From IMG/VR virus record IMGVR_UViG_3300031277_000001, positions 1,466 through 65,465 of that record: a stretch of DNA of 64,000 bases; one strand, written 5' to 3'. A program made the position numbers and the translations under genes. Below the pieces are notes generated by a model that was not told the origin of the DNA, made no database searches, and saw only the letters and a list, made by a program, of their open reading frames with translations. The DNA comes from a virus (Duplodnaviria; Caudoviricetes). Positions 61,819 through 64,000 of this stretch are shown here, piece by piece (the stretch's first letter is position 1; the number at the start of each line of letters is the position of its first letter).

Positions 61819-61860
61819 AAAAAAGGGGGCGGGGGACAGAAACTCTGCCCACCCACCCTT
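61819..61860 (-). terminator. Rho-independent terminator after the lysis-like operon
   Basis: GC-rich hairpin (gggtgggtgggcag...ctgtcccccgcccc) followed by a T tract. Confidence 0.65.
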
Positions 61861-61897
61861 GGTCCGAGCGAGGAGGAATCCTCACCGTATTGAGATA

Positions 61898-62164
61898 CTA
61901 CTCGTAGAGGTACACCATACCGGCGCTCAGAGTGTCAACCTTGATTGCGATGGGATCCATCAACGGGAACTCAAATGGATCCACGAAGTTGGACCCCCAA
62001 GCCACCGAGTGGAACACCGCGTTGCCCTCGAGGTCCGTCAGAATGCACTGACTCCCGCCCGCCCCGCCAACGCACACCCAGCGGACCTTCTTGAATACTC
62101 TCTCCGCGGTCACGTCGTCCTCCGCCGTGAGCACCCACACGTTCTTGTACTTCGATACTGCCAT
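61898..62164 (-). CDS. Hypothetical protein
   Basis: 88 aa, aggag SD. Confidence 0.65.
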   Translation of the reverse strand: MAVSKYKNVWVLTAEDDVTAERVFKKVRWVCVGGAGGSQCILTDLEGNAVFHSVAWGSNFVDPFEFPLMDPIAIKVDTLSAGMVYLYE

Positions 62165-62182
62165 GTCGTTCTCCTTCCTGTG

Positions 62183-62650
62183 TTAGTGTATCGTGCCGTT
62201 CGCAATCAGCACCACCACGATCGTGGCGGCTACACCGAGTGCGGCACCAAGCCCTGCTCCTATCCCGAGATCCCGCCAGAAGTGATTCTGGTCAGGCACC
62301 ACGTTCGGGAAGTTCATGGTGGGGAGCCTCACGCGGAAGCCGAGTGAGGCCAAACTGACGTCCACCTCGGAGTCCACGGGCACCACAGTGACGGTCTTCC
62401 CCGTGACGAGACACACGTAGTCGAACTTGGAGAAGAGCAATCCGGAGTGCTCGACTTCGTCGTACTTGATGACGAAGTCTACGAGTGTATCTCGGGACAC
62501 CGACGCTATCCACCTGCTGGCCTCCTCCCTCGTCATGGGGACGTACTTCTGACTGGCCTCCGGACTACTCGGAAGCGGGGTCCCCTCCTGTGCCACCACT
62601 GGCAGTACCAGGAGTAGGAGCAGGACTATGCTTGCGATCAACAACTTCAT
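62183..62650 (-). CDS. Signal-peptide protein with C-terminal TM (spanin-like)
   Basis: MKLLIASIVLLLLLVLPVVA; C-terminal GIGAGLGAALGVAATIVVVLI. Confidence 0.6.
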   Translation of the reverse strand: MKLLIASIVLLLLLVLPVVAQEGTPLPSSPEASQKYVPMTREEASRWIASVSRDTLVDFVIKYDEVEHSGLLFSKFDYVCLVTGKTVTVVPVDSEVDVSLASLGFRVRLPTMNFPNVVPDQNHFWRDLGIGAGLGAALGVAATIVVVLIANGTIH

Positions 62651-62993
62651 GCTTTACCTCCACGCAGATGATCTGCTTGTCCTTGTCGTAGCCCACGGCG
62701 GTGACGTCGATGGCGTCGATCCCCTTGGGCATCTTTATGGTCTGGACGTTGTCCGTACCGGGGACGACCACCTTGATCTTGTTGGCGTCCGTGACTAACC
62801 AGTCCAGTTTCTTCACAGGCTTCGGGAGCAGCGTGTCGAAGACGACCTTGAGCTTCCTGTAGATCTTGATACCAGCTATGGTCGCCGCGACAGCCCCCAG
62901 GGCCCCGAGGAGGAGCTTCCAGTACTTGCCTACGAACTCCCCGACCTTCTTGAAGAATGCTCCCACTTTCTCGAAGAACTCCTTGACTTTCAT
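62565..62993 (-). CDS. N-terminal TM protein (possible spanin partner)
   Basis: Amphipathic helix plus TM YWKLLLGALGAVAATIAGI; overlaps the downstream gene. Confidence 0.6.
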   Translation of the reverse strand: MKVKEFFEKVGAFFKKVGEFVGKYWKLLLGALGAVAATIAGIKIYRKLKVVFDTLLPKPVKKLDWLVTDANKIKVVVPGTDNVQTIKMPKGIDAIDVTAVGYDKDKQIICVEVKHEVVDRKHSPAPTPGTASGGTGGDPASE

Positions 62994-62996
62994 AGG

Positions 62997-63428
62997 TCAC
63001 ACCCTCCCCAACTTCTGCGTCACCTCGGAGACCGTGGCGTACCCTATGAACGCGGAGCACATCTCGGCGACGCCCGCCAGGCCGGTCTCCGGCCGCGCCA
63101 GGAGCACCACCAGGGCGATCTCCAGGGCCACGACGATCGCCACGAGCTTCAGCACCCTCCCGATCTCAAGCCTGCCATGCTCGTCCTGTACCACTCCGGC
63201 CGACTCCGGTAAGGGGTCCTCGTTGCGTGCCGGACCCTGGATTGCCTGACCTACCTGACCCCCCGCTACGGGCACCAGGAAGGCGGCGACGATGAGCAGT
63301 AACTGAGGGAGATTCGCTCCCATGAGTGCACCGACGTTGGCCACCACTACCGCGGCAACGAACATCACGATCATCATCACGATCCCACTGGACTTGTCGT
63401 TCCAGCCGTCCTTGAAAAGTTCTTTCAT
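62997..63428 (-). CDS. Holin-like multi-TM membrane protein
   Basis: Four hydrophobic segments in two similar halves; follows the peptidase. Confidence 0.55.
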   Translation of the reverse strand: MKELFKDGWNDKSSGIVMMIVMFVAAVVVANVGALMGANLPQLLLIVAAFLVPVAGGQVGQAIQGPARNEDPLPESAGVVQDEHGRLEIGRVLKLVAIVVALEIALVVLLARPETGLAGVAEMCSAFIGYATVSEVTQKLGRV

Positions 63429-63439
63429 GATCCACCTCC

Positions 63440-64000
63440 TCACTGTGGTTTATAATAGATCACAGTCTGCTTGACTGTCGAGAACTCGTATTTCGTGAAG
63501 AGTTGCAAGAAGCCGTTGCCCCTCCACTCCGACTTGCGTCCCGGCCAGGAGTCCTTGATTCGCAAGCACTGAGCTTCATCATCAACAATACCGGCCGAGA
63601 TGTAGTGCCCGGGAATGAGCATCCCCACCGAGTTTCCGTCCAGGATCGCCTGGTACACCTGGTCCCAAGATCTCCCCCACTGCCACTGTGCCTTGACGTC
63701 AAACATCATCTTGGCTACCCTGACGTGGAGTTCCATGTAGCGGTTCTCCATCACGGTGTCACCATGGAGCCCCGGGATGATCTTTTGCCACTCCTCCATG
63801 TTGAAGGGGTCCGAGAAGCACAACATCACGACGTCGTCCAACTGCGGTCCCCGCTTCCACCCCGGGAAGATCTTCGTCAGGGATTCCTCGCCGGGGAGAT
63901 CCGGACCCAGGAGATTCGCACAGTTGTTCACGACCTCCTCGGCCCCGCAGCTCTCCAGGTACCCGCGGGAGTGCACCTTGTCCAGGGTGACCTGAGACAC
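63440..64000 (-). CDS. C39-like cysteine peptidase (candidate endolysin), 5' end probably outside the window
   Basis: ESCG ... PGHYI ... IKDSW catalytic Cys-His-Asp pattern. Confidence 0.6.
   Translation of the reverse strand: MSQVTLDKVHSRGYLESCGAEEVVNNCANLLGPDLPGEESLTKIFPGWKRGPQLDDVVMLCFSDPFNMEEWQKIIPGLHGDTVMENRYMELHVRVAKMMFDVKAQWQWGRSWDQVYQAILDGNSVGMLIPGHYISAGIVDDEAQCLRIKDSWPGRKSEWRGNGFLQLFTKYEFSTVKQTVIYYKPQ

Noticed and set aside
1-64000. Stop-codon reassignment, or inteins and introns in pol, terL or the helicases
   Set aside because: Core genes are full length in the standard code, all three stops are used, and no intein or homing-endonuclease motifs are evident

Overview
A 64 kb segment of a large tailed dsDNA bacteriophage genome. 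Essentially all real genes are on the minus strand, and most plus-strand ORFs in the track are antisense shadows. In transcription order (high to low coordinates) the modules are: (1) the end of a putative lysis module (C39-like cysteine peptidase, holin-like and spanin-like membrane proteins) with a terminator; (2) an early region opened by a TTGACA-17-TATATT promoter, with many small genes separated by structured RNA elements and one tRNA-like gene; (3) a replication initiator containing iterons; (4) split SbcC plus SbcD, a sigma factor, primase, SNF2 and DnaB helicases; (5) a complete 7-deazaguanine DNA-modification cluster (queD, queE, folE, queC, a CxxxCxxCC protein, queF, dpdA); (6) a clamp-like gene, UDG-fused PolA, DnaX, an SLT, UvsY-like, SSB, RecA and a resolvase; (7) terminase; (8) a vWA / divergent PurA-like / NUDIX cassette with NT5C, a UDG-like gene and ThyX; (9) an SPO1/K-like portal, then basic head-proximal proteins, a PI3/4K-like kinase and a zincin protein. 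The most striking unexplained signal is at 60565-61495. Three consecutive small early genes are each enclosed by their own 20-21 bp inverted repeat, and most deviations are G-U wobbles on the mRNA. Each 5' arm can alternatively fold over that gene's Shine-Dalgarno, which suggests a 'gene-in-a-loop' translational switch or processing array. Other notable items are a five-copy phage promoter motif, an apparently split/permuted DpdA, a tRNA-like RNA with a 31-nt anticodon loop and an RNA that displays an anti-SD loop. All protein calls come from motif recognition by eye and all RNA structures were paired by hand; no database search or folding program was run.
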